This document shows positions 1-10,730 of a stretch of DNA of 64,000 bases, in pieces. A program made the position numbers and the translations under genes. The stretch spans positions 9,832-73,831 of the forward strand of contig CALKKV010000009.1 of the NCBI GenBank assembly GCA_937992195.1. Direction: 5' to 3'. The stretch's first letter is position 1. Each line of letters begins with the position of its first letter. Origin of the DNA: an uncultured Gammaproteobacteria bacterium (GTDB lineage Bacteria > Pseudomonadota > Gammaproteobacteria > Arenicellales > Poriferihabitantaceae). The notes below the pieces were generated by a model. That model saw only the letters and a list, made by a program, of their open reading frames with translations, ran no database searches and was not told where the DNA came from.

Positions 1-208
1 GGATGCATCCTGTCGAAACCAGAAAGGCGCTTGTGAGCAATATGCTAAAAGTTGCTTTGCGAAAGCTTGGTGTTCGTTTGTTCATGACCGAAGTCTATCG
101 CGTTCCCAGCACATAGCAAAGGCGTGGCGCAAGGGAAAGCGCACACTAGAATAAATATGTTGTCTCGAGGGCGCATCAGTTAGAATCAAAAAAAAACTGG
201 ATACACCA

Positions 209-1324
209 ATGAAAGCCATGATTCTAGCGGCCGGCAAAGGAACCCGAGTCAGACCGCTCACTAACGAAATGCCGAAGCCAATGATTCCGGTTGTGGGTAA
301 ACCGGTAATGGAATATCTGATCGAGCAGCTAGCAATGTATGGCTTTGACGACATTATGGTTAATGTCAGCCATCTACCTGAACCGATTGAAAGGTATTTT
401 GGCGATGGACGTCGATGGGGCGTAAATATCGGTTACTCTTTCGAAGGACATATAGAAGATGGCGAATTGATTGGAGAGCCGCTTGGATCTGCGGGTGGAA
501 TTAAACGGATTCACGAGTTTGGTGGGTTCTTTGACGACACCTTTCTGGTTGTGTGTGGAGATGCAATTATTGATTTGGATCTAACGGCGGTAGTTCGCAA
601 GCATTGGCAGAGTGGTGCAAAGGCAAGCATTGTAGTAAAGCGTGTCGCGCGCGAGATGGTGCCGAACTATGGCGTGGTGGTATGTGATGATGATGACCAA
701 GTTGTCTCTTTTCAGGAAAAGCCGACGATTGATGAAGCTAAATCTACCCTCGTCAATACCGGGATATATATTTTTGAACCAGAGGTTATTGATCAGATAC
801 CGACCGGAGAAAATTATGATATCGGTGGCGAATTGCTGCCTGGCTTGATTGAGCGCGGGGTTTCATTTGGTGCTATAGAGCTGCCATTTCATTGGTTAGA
901 TATTGGTCGGATGAGTGATTACTGGCAGGTTAATCAGGAGTTGATGAGAGGTTCTTTGCGCGGGATCGATATGCCCGGAAAAGAAGTTTTGCCAAAGGTA
1001 TGGACTGGTCTTAATGTCAGTGTGGACTGGGATAATGTGCTGATCGAAGGTCCAGTATATATCGGCTCCAATTCGCGGATTGAGGGAGGTTGCGAAATTC
1101 AGGGGCCAACTTGGATATCTCATGGTTGTCATTTGGAAGCAGGTGCCAAAGTACATCGAAGTATGCTGTTTGAGCATACTTTGATGCGGAGTCATGGCGT
1201 GGTTGCTGAGGCAGTGGTTTTTGGCCGCTACTGTGTTGACAAGGAAGGTCGTCCGGTTAAGGGTTATGAAGACGGTCTTGACTGGGTGGGTGATGCACGT
1301 GATCGTAAAATGAAACAGGCGTAA
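209..1324 (+). CDS. Sugar-1-phosphate nucleotidyltransferase family protein (NTP-transferase N-domain plus C-terminal left-handed beta-helix)
   Basis: N-terminal MKAMILAAGKGTRVRPLT...PKPMIPV signature of the RmlA/GlmU-type nucleotidyltransferase fold. The C-terminal hexapeptide-like segment is (IEGPVYIGSNSRIEGGCEIQGPTWISHGCHLEAG). 371-aa ORF. Confidence 0.8.
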   Translation: MKAMILAAGKGTRVRPLTNEMPKPMIPVVGKPVMEYLIEQLAMYGFDDIMVNVSHLPEPIERYFGDGRRWGVNIGYSFEGHIEDGELIGEPLGSAGGIKRIHEFGGFFDDTFLVVCGDAIIDLDLTAVVRKHWQSGAKASIVVKRVAREMVPNYGVVVCDDDDQVVSFQEKPTIDEAKSTLVNTGIYIFEPEVIDQIPTGENYDIGGELLPGLIERGVSFGAIELPFHWLDIGRMSDYWQVNQELMRGSLRGIDMPGKEVLPKVWTGLNVSVDWDNVLIEGPVYIGSNSRIEGGCEIQGPTWISHGCHLEAGAKVHRSMLFEHTLMRSHGVVAEAVVFGRYCVDKEGRPVKGYEDGLDWVGDARDRKMKQA

Positions 1325-1414
1325 TTGCCTGTTTTACCGGACTTTAGCCGGCTTCCCTTGTATAATATGCGGTCGATTTTTGTAGCCGGGAATCCCGGTT
1401 AAGAGTAAGAAAAA

Positions 1415-1795
1415 ATGCCGTTCTACGAATACCAATGCGGTGCCTGTGAGCACCGTCTCGAAGCGTTACAAAAAATTTCTGATGAGCCACTGGTTTACTG
1501 TCCGGAATGTAATGAGCCGTCTTTGAAAAAAATGATTTCTGCTGCTGCGTTCCGTTTGAAAGGGACCGGCTGGTATGAAACGGATTTCAAAGGCGATAAA
1601 AAGGGCGATAAAAAGGGCGATACAAAAGACGATAAAAAAGATGGAGGTAAGTCGTCGGACAATGCTTCGACTGATAAATCAGCTTCTGACAATTCTCCTG
1701 CTGGATCGTCGAGTGAAAAAGCATCGAAAAGCACTGACTCTTCAAGCAAAGAGAGTTCATCTAAGAGCAGTAGCGCACCCAGCGCCTCCGCTTAA
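1415..1795 (+). CDS. FmdB-family zinc-ribbon protein with long Lys/Asp/Ser-rich tail
   Basis: The N-terminus MPFYEYQCGACEH...YCPECN carries a CxxC...CxxC zinc ribbon typical of the FmdB family. The C-terminal 70 aa are low complexity. Confidence 0.8.
   Translation: MPFYEYQCGACEHRLEALQKISDEPLVYCPECNEPSLKKMISAAAFRLKGTGWYETDFKGDKKGDKKGDTKDDKKDGGKSSDNASTDKSASDNSPAGSSSEKASKSTDSSSKESSSKSSSAPSASA
1592..1639 (+). repeat. 4 x 12-nt in-frame tandem repeat (GGCGATAAAAAG-like) encoding (G/D)DKK units
   Basis: Read directly: ggcgataaaaag ggcgataaaaag ggcgatacaaaa gacgataaaaaa inside the FmdB-like CDS. Confidence 0.75.
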
Positions 1796-1827
1796 ACAAA
1801 ATAACCTGAATCATCACGAACTGAAAT

Positions 1828-3603
1828 ATGCGCACTCATCTATGCGGCGAGGTCAAAGAGACCGATATTGACCAAACTATCACTCTGAACGGATGGGTGC
1901 TAAACCGCCGGGATCATGGCGGAGTGATTTTTATTGATCTGAGAGACCGTTCCGGGCGAGTCCAGGTGGTTGCTGACCCTGATTATCCTGGGCCATTTCA
2001 GGTTGCAGATAGCGCGCGCAATGAATTTGTATTGGAGATAACCGGACGTGTCCGAGCGCGTCCGGAAGGAACAGTAAATGCTGATCTGTCCACTGGGAAA
2101 GTGGAAGTAATTGCCGATGATATCAAGGTCCTAAGTGCATCCGAAGCGCTACCATTTCAAATGGATGAAGATGAAATTGGAGAGCAAACCCGGCTGAAGT
2201 ACCGTTTTCTCGATTTGCGCCGGGAGCCAATGCAGAAAACACTGCGCCTTAGACATCGGGTGATTAGTGAGCTTCGGCAGTTTTTAAATGAGCGGGAGTT
2301 TGTTGATATTGAAACGCCAATCCTTACTCGTTCAACGCCAGAAGGTGCGCGAGACTATTTAGTGCCTAGCCGGACCCACGGTGGTGAGTTTTTCGCATTG
2401 CCCCAGTCACCTCAATTGTTTAAACAACTGCTGATGGTTTCGGGGTTTGAGCGCTACTATCAGGTGGCGCGCTGTTTTCGCGACGAAGACCTGCGTGCAG
2501 ATCGTCAACCTGAATTTACCCAGCTCGACATTGAAATGTCGTTTATGGATGAAGATGCGTTAACCGGATTGATGGAGCAGATGATTCGGCAGGTTTTTGA
2601 TTCGGTTCTGGGCGTAACTTTTCCTGATCCAATCCCGAGGATGCCTTACCACGAAGCGGTCAGTCGTTTTGGTATCGATCGCCCGGACTTGCGTATTGCA
2701 ATGGAGTTGACCGAAATCACAGATCTGATGAAAGAGGTCGAGTTCAAGGTGTTCTCAGGGCCTGCGAATGATCCCAATGGTCGTGTTGCCGCACTTCGTG
2801 TACCAGGTGGAAATAGTCTCTCCCGCGCGCAGATTGATCAATACACGGAGTTTGTAAAACAATATGGCGCAAAAGGTCTGGCCTATATCAAAGTTAATGA
2901 CCTTGCCGCTGGCCGCGAAGGTTTGCAATCGCCAATTCTCAAGTTTTTGCCGGATGAAGTACTTGAAAACATTATGTCGCGTTGTCAGGCAGTCACCGGC
3001 GATCTGGTCTTTTTCGGGGCCGACAGCGCCAAAGTGGTGAATGATGCGCTCGGCGCACTTCGAATACAGTTGGGGCGTGATCTGGACATGGTAGAAGACG
3101 GCTGGCGACCGCTATGGGTGGTTGATTTTCCACTGGTGGAGTGGGATGAAGACAATAAGCGCTGGCAGGCGCTACATCATCCTTTTACCGCGCCTAAGGT
3201 CAGTGATGAAGATAAATTAGAGTCAGATCCGGGCGCAGTGCTGTCTCGTGCTTATGATCTTGTGCTAAACGGCACCGAACTTGGCGGTGGGTCGATCCGT
3301 ATTCATCGTTCCGAGATGCAACAGAAGATACTGAATGTGCTTGGGATTGATGATGAAGAGGCGGAAGCAAAGTTTGGTTTCCTCTTAGAGGCGCTGAAAT
3401 TTGGCGCGCCTCCCCATGGTGGCATCGCTTTTGGTATTGATCGATTGGTTGCTATGATGTGTGGTGTTGAATCGATTCGCGACGTGATCGCATTTCCGAA
3501 GACGCAACGTGCTGCGTGTATGTTGACTGAGGCGCCAAGCGAGGTAGACGACAAACAGTTGCGAGAGCTGAGCATTCAAGTGCGTAAGCCAAGATCGGAG
3601 TGA
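1828..3603 (+). CDS. aspS: Aspartate--tRNA ligase
   Basis: 591 aa. The N-terminus MRTHLCGEV...LNGWV and class II synthetase motifs ([31 protein letters not shown]) match bacterial AspRS. Confidence 0.97.
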   Translation: MRTHLCGEVKETDIDQTITLNGWVLNRRDHGGVIFIDLRDRSGRVQVVADPDYPGPFQVADSARNEFVLEITGRVRARPEGTVNADLSTGKVEVIADDIKVLSASEALPFQMDEDEIGEQTRLKYRFLDLRREPMQKTLRLRHRVISELRQFLNEREFVDIETPILTRSTPEGARDYLVPSRTHGGEFFALPQSPQLFKQLLMVSGFERYYQVARCFRDEDLRADRQPEFTQLDIEMSFMDEDALTGLMEQMIRQVFDSVLGVTFPDPIPRMPYHEAVSRFGIDRPDLRIAMELTEITDLMKEVEFKVFSGPANDPNGRVAALRVPGGNSLSRAQIDQYTEFVKQYGAKGLAYIKVNDLAAGREGLQSPILKFLPDEVLENIMSRCQAVTGDLVFFGADSAKVVNDALGALRIQLGRDLDMVEDGWRPLWVVDFPLVEWDEDNKRWQALHHPFTAPKVSDEDKLESDPGAVLSRAYDLVLNGTELGGGSIRIHRSEMQQKILNVLGIDDEEAEAKFGFLLEALKFGAPPHGGIAFGIDRLVAMMCGVESIRDVIAFPKTQRAACMLTEAPSEVDDKQLRELSIQVRKPRSE

Positions 3604-3652
3604 TTCCACCTCTCGATCTAATTGATAGAGAATTTATACCGAGGCACTAAAA

Positions 3653-4381
3653 ATGGCAGGTCATAGTAAATGGGCGAATATTAAGTTTCGTAAAGCAGCC
3701 CAAGATGCTAAACGTGGCAAGGCGTTCACCAAGTTGATCAAGGAAATTACAGTTGCTGCTCGGATCGGTGGCAGCGATTCTGATGCAAACCCGCGACTTC
3801 GGGCAGCGATTGACAAAGCTCTGGGTGCCAACATGACCCGGGATACCATTGAACGCGCTGTGAAACGTGGAGCAGGGGAGCTGGATGGTGCCGATATTGA
3901 AGAAATACGATATGAAGGTTACGGCCCAAACGGCGTGGCTGTATTGGTTGAAACGGCCACCGATAATAAAAACCGCACCGTTAGCGAAGTTCGTCACGCC
4001 TTTACCAAGCATGGCGGCAATCTTGGTACTGATGGATCAGTGTCTTATCTGTTTAATAAGATTGGGTCGATTGTTTTTTCTGATGACCCTGACGAAGAAA
4101 AGATTATGGAAATTGCGCTCGAAGCTGGAGCGGATGACGTTGAAGGTAGTGAGGGTGTCGTCGAGGTGGTCACTCCACCGGAATCCTTCCATCAGGTAGA
4201 GCAGGCGTTTAAAGAAGCTGGAATGGAGCCAGAGATGTCAGAGCTTATACAAAGACCCTCGACCGAGACCGAGCTTGCAGGAGAAGAAGCTGAAAAGGTA
4301 ATGAAACTGATCGATGCACTGGAAGAGTTGGATGATGTCCAGGATGTCTTCACCAACGCCAGCTTTCAAGAACCCGATTGA
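3653..4381 (+). CDS. yebC: YebC/PmpR family DNA-binding transcriptional regulator
   Basis: [28 protein letters not shown] is the invariant YebC N-terminus. It sits in the conserved position upstream of ruvC. Confidence 0.95.
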   Translation: MAGHSKWANIKFRKAAQDAKRGKAFTKLIKEITVAARIGGSDSDANPRLRAAIDKALGANMTRDTIERAVKRGAGELDGADIEEIRYEGYGPNGVAVLVETATDNKNRTVSEVRHAFTKHGGNLGTDGSVSYLFNKIGSIVFSDDPDEEKIMEIALEAGADDVEGSEGVVEVVTPPESFHQVEQAFKEAGMEPEMSELIQRPSTETELAGEEAEKVMKLIDALEELDDVQDVFTNASFQEPD

Positions 4382-4875
4382 TGCGCGTATTGGGAATCGA
4401 CCCTGGTTCCCGGATTACCGGGCTGGGAGTGGTGGAAGCCGCTGGAGATTCTCTGACACCTCTGCATTTTGAGAGCCTCAAACTGCCTGGAAAAGAACTA
4501 CCCAAGCGACTTGGGCTGATATATCAAGGGGTGCAGCGAGTTATTGCTGAATTCAACCCAGAAGTTGTTGCAGTGGAGCAAGTCTTTGTTGCGACCAATG
4601 CAAAATCGGCGTTGACATTGGGGCATGCGCGAGGCAGTGCCATATGTGCTGCGATCAATGCAGGATGTGAGGTCACGGAGTACAGTGCGTTGCAGATCAA
4701 ACGTGCGGTAGTTGGAACGGGTAGCGCTTCAAAAGATCAGGTGCAGCATATGGTTCGGGTGCTATGCGGACTTCGCTCAGCCCCGGCCGCAGATGCTGCT
4801 GATGCCATCGCCTGCGCGATTTGTCAGATACATACCGCTCAAGTTGAACAGAAATTGAATCAGGTATCGGTGTAA
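4381..4875 (+). CDS. ruvC: Crossover junction endodeoxyribonuclease RuvC
   Basis: [14 protein letters not shown] motif. The ATG overlaps the yebC stop (TGATG). The ORF-track start at 4378 is a TTG one codon upstream. Confidence 0.95.
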   Translation: MRVLGIDPGSRITGLGVVEAAGDSLTPLHFESLKLPGKELPKRLGLIYQGVQRVIAEFNPEVVAVEQVFVATNAKSALTLGHARGSAICAAINAGCEVTEYSALQIKRAVVGTGSASKDQVQHMVRVLCGLRSAPAADAADAIACAICQIHTAQVEQKLNQVSV

Positions 4876-4877
4876 CT

Positions 4878-5486
4878 ATGATCGGATTTCTTAGAGGTAT
4901 CCTGCTACAAAAACAGCCGCCGCATATCGTTTTAGATGTTCATGGGGTGGGCTATGAATTAGAAGCGCCGATGGCAACGTTTTACGACCTGCCAGAAGAG
5001 CAAGCCGAGACTGCACTTTTCACCCATCTTGTGGTGAGAGAAGATGCGCAGCTGCTCTATGGCTTTTCTGATCGCTCGCAGCGGGAGTTGTTTCGCAGCT
5101 TACTAAAGGTTAACGGCGTCGGTCCGCGTGTGGGATTAGCGATACTTTCTACATTGAGTGCATCTCAGTTTGTACAATGCGTTAAGCAGCAAGACGCACT
5201 TACTCTAACCTCAGTCCCGGGCATCGGTAAGAAAACAGCGGAACGTATGTTGATCGATATGCGCGATCGAATTGATGGTCTGGATATAGATAGCTCGGGC
5301 GGCGAGAATGTTGAGGGCGCCTCGCTGGAAACGAATCAGGATCCAATTGGCGATGCGATTGGTGCTCTTATAGCGCTTGGTTATAAACAGGCCGATGCTA
5401 ACCGTGTGGTGAAAGCAGTTGAAGAAAAAAGCGAGGGAAGAGATGATCTGATTCGCAATGCGTTACAGATGTTAAGCAAACGTTAA
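4878..5486 (+). CDS. ruvA: Holliday junction branch migration complex subunit RuvA
   Basis: MIGFLRGIL...VLDVHGVGYEL and the helix-hairpin-helix segment LLKVNGVGPRVGLAILS...VPGIGKKTAERM. Confidence 0.95.
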   Translation: MIGFLRGILLQKQPPHIVLDVHGVGYELEAPMATFYDLPEEQAETALFTHLVVREDAQLLYGFSDRSQRELFRSLLKVNGVGPRVGLAILSTLSASQFVQCVKQQDALTLTSVPGIGKKTAERMLIDMRDRIDGLDIDSSGGENVEGASLETNQDPIGDAIGALIALGYKQADANRVVKAVEEKSEGRDDLIRNALQMLSKR

Positions 5487-5531
5487 TCCCTGAGTGAACT
5501 ATTTCTCAGACAACAATGCGAAAATCGCGCT

Positions 5532-6590
5532 ATGAGCCAATTTAACCCGCTACTGTCTTCGGAAAACCTGGACGACTCTCCGCAGGAACAAATGCTGGAT
5601 CGCAGTTTGCGGCCGGCGAAGCTGGACGACTTTATTGGCCAGCAAAATACCCGTGATCAGATGGAGATTTTTATCCATGCAGCGCGCAAACGTAATGAGG
5701 CATTGGATCATGTGCTGGTATTTGGTCCACCCGGACTTGGCAAAACAACCTTAGCCAATATTATTGCCACTGAAATGGAGGCCAAACTTAGGCAGACTTC
5801 GGGCCCGGTTTTGGAGAAAGCGGGGGATCTCGCAGCCATTCTAACTAATCTCGAGGCCAATGATGTGTTGTTCATCGATGAAATTCATCGGATGAATCCG
5901 GCTATCGAAGAAATTTTGTATCCTGCGATGGAGGATTACCAACTCGACATCATGATTGGGGAAGGACCCGCGGCGCGCTCAATCAAACTTAATTTGCCAC
6001 CGTTTACCCTGGTTGGCGCGACTACGCGCGCAGGCCTTTTGACATCACCATTAAGAGATCGCTTTGGTATCGTTCAGCGACTGCAATTCTATAGTGTTGA
6101 AGAGCTGTCATCGATCGTAAAACGTTCGGCAACACTACTTAATCTGGAGTTTGATGAGGAAGGTGTCAAAGCCATTGCCGCGCGTGCCCGAGGGACACCG
6201 AGGATCGCTAACCGGCTGTTACGCAGAGTGCGCGATTATGCTGAAGTCAAGGCCGAGGGATTTATTCATCAGCAGGCGGCTGACGCGGCACTGGATATGT
6301 TGGAAGTAGACCGCTATGGACTTGATTCTTTGGATAGAAGCATGTTGCTCGCAATAATGAATAAGTTTGACGGTGGGCCAGTAGGCATAGACAGCATTGC
6401 TGCTGCCATCGGAGAAGAGCGTGGCACAATCGAGGATGTGGTCGAACCGTATTTAATTCAACAAGGTTTTTTGATGCGCACACCGCGTGGAAGGATGGCG
6501 ACTAAAAATGCATGGCGTCATCTAAATGTTGAGATGCCGGTAGATGTCGTTAACCGGCAACAAGAGTTAATGCCCGATAGTGATGTTTAG
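5532..6590 (+). CDS. ruvB: Holliday junction branch migration DNA helicase RuvB
   Basis: Walker [20 protein letters not shown], and RTPRG near the C-terminus. 352 aa. Confidence 0.97.
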   Translation: MSQFNPLLSSENLDDSPQEQMLDRSLRPAKLDDFIGQQNTRDQMEIFIHAARKRNEALDHVLVFGPPGLGKTTLANIIATEMEAKLRQTSGPVLEKAGDLAAILTNLEANDVLFIDEIHRMNPAIEEILYPAMEDYQLDIMIGEGPAARSIKLNLPPFTLVGATTRAGLLTSPLRDRFGIVQRLQFYSVEELSSIVKRSATLLNLEFDEEGVKAIAARARGTPRIANRLLRRVRDYAEVKAEGFIHQQAADAALDMLEVDRYGLDSLDRSMLLAIMNKFDGGPVGIDSIAAAIGEERGTIEDVVEPYLIQQGFLMRTPRGRMATKNAWRHLNVEMPVDVVNRQQELMPDSDV

Positions 6591-6713
6591 CAGCGACTTT
6601 GACGATTATATTATCGAGATGTTCAGCCAGTGTTCATGGAAAATCGCTACATTGACACGCCGTTAGCGTGAGACTTTTTTGATCTTGAATAAGTTACACG
6701 TGAGTAGACTTCG

Positions 6714-7163
6714 ATGACGAGTAATTTTTCGAAGCAAATTGTAATCAACTATGTTGATACCGATGCTGGTGGTGTTGTTTACCACGCCAATTATCTGGCA
6801 TTTATGGAAAGCGCTAGAAGCGCTCTGTTGAGACAAGCAGGCTTCCCTGCATCGGTATTGCGAGATAAGTTCAACCTTGTATTTGTGGTTACGGAATCAA
6901 ATTTGAAATTTAAGAAACCGGCCTACTTGGATGATGAGCTGGAGGTGTCAGTTGCAGTCACGTCGATGCGTGGCGCCAGCATCGTCTGTCACCAACAAGT
7001 GACACGATGTGGCGAACAACAGTCTCAAGAATTGCAGACTAATGAGTTATTGGTAGATGCTACAATTCGAATCGCAACAATCACTGCTGACACTTTTTTA
7101 CCCTGCAGAATACCATCGGAATTGCGTCATGTATTTGCGCAATTTAATATACACTCCGCCTAG
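6714..7163 (+). CDS. ybgC: Tol-Pal-associated acyl-CoA thioesterase (YbgC family, hotdog fold)
   Basis: VNYVDTDAGGVVYHANYLAFME motif. Located immediately upstream of tolQ. Confidence 0.85.
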   Translation: MTSNFSKQIVINYVDTDAGGVVYHANYLAFMESARSALLRQAGFPASVLRDKFNLVFVVTESNLKFKKPAYLDDELEVSVAVTSMRGASIVCHQQVTRCGEQQSQELQTNELLVDATIRIATITADTFLPCRIPSELRHVFAQFNIHSA

Positions 7164-7212
7164 CCCCGACAGGTGACTAGTCAGAAACCACTCAACATCA
7201 TACAAATACTAA

Positions 7213-7917
7213 ATGTCTTCTGGTAACTCCCCTTCGGCCGAAAGCAGCTTATCAATCCTAGGTTTGATCGCTGACGCCAGCTGGCTCGTACAAGCAGTAA
7301 TGCTTATTCTGTTCCTCGCTTCGATTGTCTCCTGGTTTATGATCGATCGTAAACGTTCCTCTTTTAAACGGTATCGCAATATTGCCGATGATTTTGAAGA
7401 GGAGTTTTGGTCTGGTGGAGAAATGAGCCGGATCTATAAAAAATGGAGCGGTGACGATGTGCAGGAAGGAATTGCCAACATATTCATTGGCGGTTACAAA
7501 GAATTCAATCGCCTGGTCAAAAAAGACAATGTCAATCGCTCGGATATGGTCGATGGTGTTCACCGGAGTATGCGGGTCGCGCTCAGTCGGGAAATCGATC
7601 ACTTAGAGACCAATTTATCGTTTCTCGCTACAGTGGGTTCTATTAGTCCTTATGTGGGTCTATTTGGCACGGTCTGGGGAATTATGAATTCATTTATTGA
7701 TTTGGGGACCCAACAGCAGGTGACCATTGCCACAGTGGCGCCTGGAATTGCCGAAGCATTAATCGCCACAGCAATGGGATTATTCGCTGCGATACCTGCG
7801 GTGATTGCTTACAACCGTTTTGCACATGCTGCTGAAAAGCTGACCACGCGCTATGAGGTGTTTATGGAAGAGTTCGTCAGCATTGTTAACAGGCAGGATG
7901 TGTCGAGAGACGTCTGA
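7213..7917 (+). CDS. tolQ: Tol-Pal system protein TolQ
   Basis: MotA/TolQ/ExbB channel motifs (SPYVGLFGTVWGIM, APGIAEALIATAMGL) and operon position. Confidence 0.93.
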   Translation: MSSGNSPSAESSLSILGLIADASWLVQAVMLILFLASIVSWFMIDRKRSSFKRYRNIADDFEEEFWSGGEMSRIYKKWSGDDVQEGIANIFIGGYKEFNRLVKKDNVNRSDMVDGVHRSMRVALSREIDHLETNLSFLATVGSISPYVGLFGTVWGIMNSFIDLGTQQQVTIATVAPGIAEALIATAMGLFAAIPAVIAYNRFAHAAEKLTTRYEVFMEEFVSIVNRQDVSRDV

Positions 7918-8342
7918 TGAGTCAAACTCGATATGGCCGTAAAAAGCGTCTTATGGGCGAGATTAATGTCGTGCCATATATCGACGTTATGCTGGTTTTG
8001 TTGGTTATCTTCATGGTTACGGCGCCGCTCCTGAGTTCTGGCGTAAAAGTAGATTTGCCCCAGGCCGAAGCTGAGACGATTCCTGATCAAGAGGAAGAAC
8101 CTTTTGTTGTGACAGTCGATATCGATGGCAATATGTACTTGAATGACAACGAAGAGCCGGTATCTGAGCCCGGTGAAGTTCAGCAAGCTGCTGGCGCCGT
8201 GTTAGCGCGAAATCCCACTCTGCCGTTCTTGGTGAGAGGGGATACCGAAACAAACTACGGTTCAGTTGTTGAAGCAATGGTGTTGCTTCAGAGCGCTGGC
8301 GTTGAATCAGTTGGCTTGATTACGGAAACACCGGGAACCTGA
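7917..8342 (+). CDS. tolR: Tol-Pal system protein TolR
   Basis: ExbD/TolR motif EINVVPYIDVMLVLLVIFMV. The start overlaps the tolQ stop (ATGA). Confidence 0.9.
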   Translation: MSQTRYGRKKRLMGEINVVPYIDVMLVLLVIFMVTAPLLSSGVKVDLPQAEAETIPDQEEEPFVVTVDIDGNMYLNDNEEPVSEPGEVQQAAGAVLARNPTLPFLVRGDTETNYGSVVEAMVLLQSAGVESVGLITETPGT

Positions 8343-9385
8343 TGCGGCAGACTTTGAGACGCATATTTGACTGGATTCGATCTGCAACGTTTACTCTGGC
8401 CATTCATGGCCTAATCGTTTTTTTTGTGGTGTTTGGGATCTTTAATTCTCCGGAAAAGATTAAGGCTGGCGGCAAGCCGATACAGGCCGTGGTGGTTTCC
8501 CAGAAGCAGCTGGATGACAAAAAAGAGGAAAAAGCGCAAAAAGTTGAAGAGCTGAAAAAGAAGCAACAGGAAGAGATTTTAGAACAGAAAAAGAAAGAAG
8601 AGAAAAAGATTGAGGAAGAAAAAAAGAAACAATTAGCAATTCAAAAAAAGGAAGAAGAGAAGAAAAAGGCGGAAGAGAAGAAGAAGCAAGAAGAATTAGA
8701 GAAAAAGAAGAAAGAGCAGGAGAAAAAAGAACAAGAAGCGCTGAAGCTGAAAAAAGCAGAGGAAGAGAAAAAGGAACTTGAGAAGAAGAAAAAAGAGAAA
8801 GAGCTAGAAGAGAAAAAGATCGCCGACGAAAAGAAGAAAAAGGCTGAGGCTGAGAAGAAGAAAAAAGAGGAAGCTGAAAAAAAGAAGAAAGAAGAAGAGC
8901 AGCGAAAAAAGAGAGAAGAGGAAGAAAAGAAGCGAAAAGAAGAAGAAAGAAAAAAGAAAGAAGCGGCTGAAAAGAAACGTAAAGAAGAAGAGCGTAAGAA
9001 AAAAGAAGCTGCTGAGAGAAAGCGCGCGGAAGACGAGTTACAACAGCGCCTGGCTGCTGAGCGCCAGCAGCAGGAAGTCGCACAGACTCAGGCCGAGGCC
9101 GCGAATGCGTTGCAGGCTGCGGCTGGTCGCATAAAAGCTGCTATAGAAGATAATTGGCGCAGACCTGGGACAAGTCGAGTTGGTCTGACAACTTTATTGC
9201 AGCTAAAAGTGGCGCCAAATGGCGACGTTATCAGAGTAAAGATTATTCGCAGTAGCGGCGATCCATTTTTTGATCAGTCTGCAGAAATTGCGGTAAAAAA
9301 AGCGTCTCCTCTGCCAATACCGACGAATCCAAAGTACTATGAGTATCTCAATGAGTTTAATATTGAATTTAACCCTGATGAATAA
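8342..9385 (+). CDS. tolA: Tol-Pal system protein TolA (long Lys/Glu-rich helical domain II)
   Basis: N-terminal TM anchor, about 180 aa of (K/E) low complexity, and a C-terminal TolA domain III-like segment. Operon position supports the call, and the start overlaps the tolR stop. Confidence 0.85.
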   Translation: MRQTLRRIFDWIRSATFTLAIHGLIVFFVVFGIFNSPEKIKAGGKPIQAVVVSQKQLDDKKEEKAQKVEELKKKQQEEILEQKKKEEKKIEEEKKKQLAIQKKEEEKKKAEEKKKQEELEKKKKEQEKKEQEALKLKKAEEEKKELEKKKKEKELEEKKIADEKKKKAEAEKKKKEEAEKKKKEEEQRKKREEEEKKRKEEERKKKEAAEKKRKEEERKKKEAAERKRAEDELQQRLAAERQQQEVAQTQAEAANALQAAAGRIKAAIEDNWRRPGTSRVGLTTLLQLKVAPNGDVIRVKIIRSSGDPFFDQSAEIAVKKASPLPIPTNPKYYEYLNEFNIEFNPDE

Positions 9386-9395
9386 GGTAAAAGAC

Positions 9396-10718
9396 ATGGC
9401 AATTTTCGGACGCCCTCGATTTGCGGGTATCTCTTGTATCTTCGCAGTGCTACTAACCCTGCTGGCGACCCCGGCAATGGCGGTGTTGACTATTGAAGTA
9501 AACAAAGGTGTAGATTCTGGAATACCGATCGCGATAGTGCCTTTTGGTATTGAAGGTGCTTCGGGTCTCCCGCATTTGCCAGCGGATATTATTGAGTCTG
9601 ACCTAAGTTCTTCGGGGAAATTCGATGCTGTCTCCCGTGATAACTTCATCAGCCGGCCAACTGATTTAAAATCAATCCAGTACAAGGACTGGCGGTTGTT
9701 GAAAGCGGAAGCACTGGTTGTTGGTAAAATTATTAATCTTGGCAATGGTCAACTTGAGGTGCGTTTCCGACTGGTAGATGTATTCAGAGAAACCCAGCTC
9801 ACCGGCCAAAAATTTACCATTCCAGAAGATCGCATTCGAAAGGTATCCCACCAAATCAGCGATATTATTTATGAGCAGCTGACAGGTAAGCCAGGCGCGT
9901 TTGATACCAAGATTGCCTATATCACCGCTGAAGGAGAGCTTCCTAACAAGAAATTTCTGCTGCAGATAGCGGATGTGGACGGATTTGGTCCAAGAACTGT
10001 TTTACAGTCAAATGAACCAATTCTGTCACCTGCCTGGTCTCCAGACGGTAACTGGCTTGCTTATGTTTCGTTTGAAAAAAGAAGCTCCAATGTCTATATA
10101 CAAAATGTGTGGAGTGGTGAGCGTAAGCTGGTATCGGAATTTCCAGGCATCAACAGCGCCCCGGCTTGGTCACCAGATGGAAGGTCGCTGGCGCTTACAT
10201 TATCTAAAGATGGCAACCCTGATATCTATGTATTTAATGTAGCGAACAACAGTTTGCGTCGATTAACCCGTCATACTGCTATCGATACAGAACCCGATTG
10301 GTCTCCGGATGGACGAACAATTGCATTTACTTCGGGTCGTTCGGGCGCACCACAGATTTATCGCGTTCCGGTCTCCGGTGGCAATGCGCAAAGGATGACA
10401 TTTGAAGGCAAGTACAACGCCGGGCCGTCGCACTCGCCAGATGGAAAATCTATGGTTTTGATAACAGATCAAGGCAATGGATTTAGAGTTGGGCTATACT
10501 CCACCGAGGACAGAAGCGTTAGAGAATTGACAAACACTCGACAAGACGAATCGCCAAGCTTTGCGCCTAATGGCGAGATGATTATCTATGCGACACAAAA
10601 AGGTGGGCGCAGTGTGTTGTCCGCCGTCTCTGTAGACGGTAGCGTCCAGCAAACACTCCGATTTCAACAAGGTTCCGTCCGAGAACCTGCGTGGTCACCA
10701 TTTAACCGAAAACTGTAG
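9396..10718 (+). CDS. tolB: Tol-Pal system beta-propeller protein TolB
   Basis: Signal peptide MAIFGRPRFAGISCIFAVLLTLLATPAMA and repeated SP(A/D)WSPDG propeller motifs. The ORF-track start 9339 would overlap tolA, so the ATG at 9396 is preferred. Confidence 0.93.
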   Translation: MAIFGRPRFAGISCIFAVLLTLLATPAMAVLTIEVNKGVDSGIPIAIVPFGIEGASGLPHLPADIIESDLSSSGKFDAVSRDNFISRPTDLKSIQYKDWRLLKAEALVVGKIINLGNGQLEVRFRLVDVFRETQLTGQKFTIPEDRIRKVSHQISDIIYEQLTGKPGAFDTKIAYITAEGELPNKKFLLQIADVDGFGPRTVLQSNEPILSPAWSPDGNWLAYVSFEKRSSNVYIQNVWSGERKLVSEFPGINSAPAWSPDGRSLALTLSKDGNPDIYVFNVANNSLRRLTRHTAIDTEPDWSPDGRTIAFTSGRSGAPQIYRVPVSGGNAQRMTFEGKYNAGPSHSPDGKSMVLITDQGNGFRVGLYSTEDRSVRELTNTRQDESPSFAPNGEMIIYATQKGGRSVLSAVSVDGSVQQTLRFQQGSVREPAWSPFNRKL

Positions 10719-10730
10719 AGGCTATCTATT

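Noticed and set aside
3-113. Possible 3' end of a + strand gene entering from the left edge (…HPVETRKALVSNMLKVALRKLGVRLFMTEVYRVPST*)
   Set aside because: Only 36 codons are visible, with no recognisable motif. It cannot be distinguished from chance, so it is not reported as a feature.
1313-1335. Stem-loop AAACAGGC-gtaatt-GCCTGTTT(T) spanning the stop codon of the first gene
   Set aside because: It could be a weak terminator. However, the stem is short and AT-rich at the base, and the T-tract is part of the stem. Evidence is insufficient.
8460-9083. 207-aa ORF antisense to tolA
   Set aside because: It is the reverse complement of the Lys/Glu-rich GAA/AAG repeat region, which yields an open Leu/Ser/Phe frame. 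tolA is supported by operon context.
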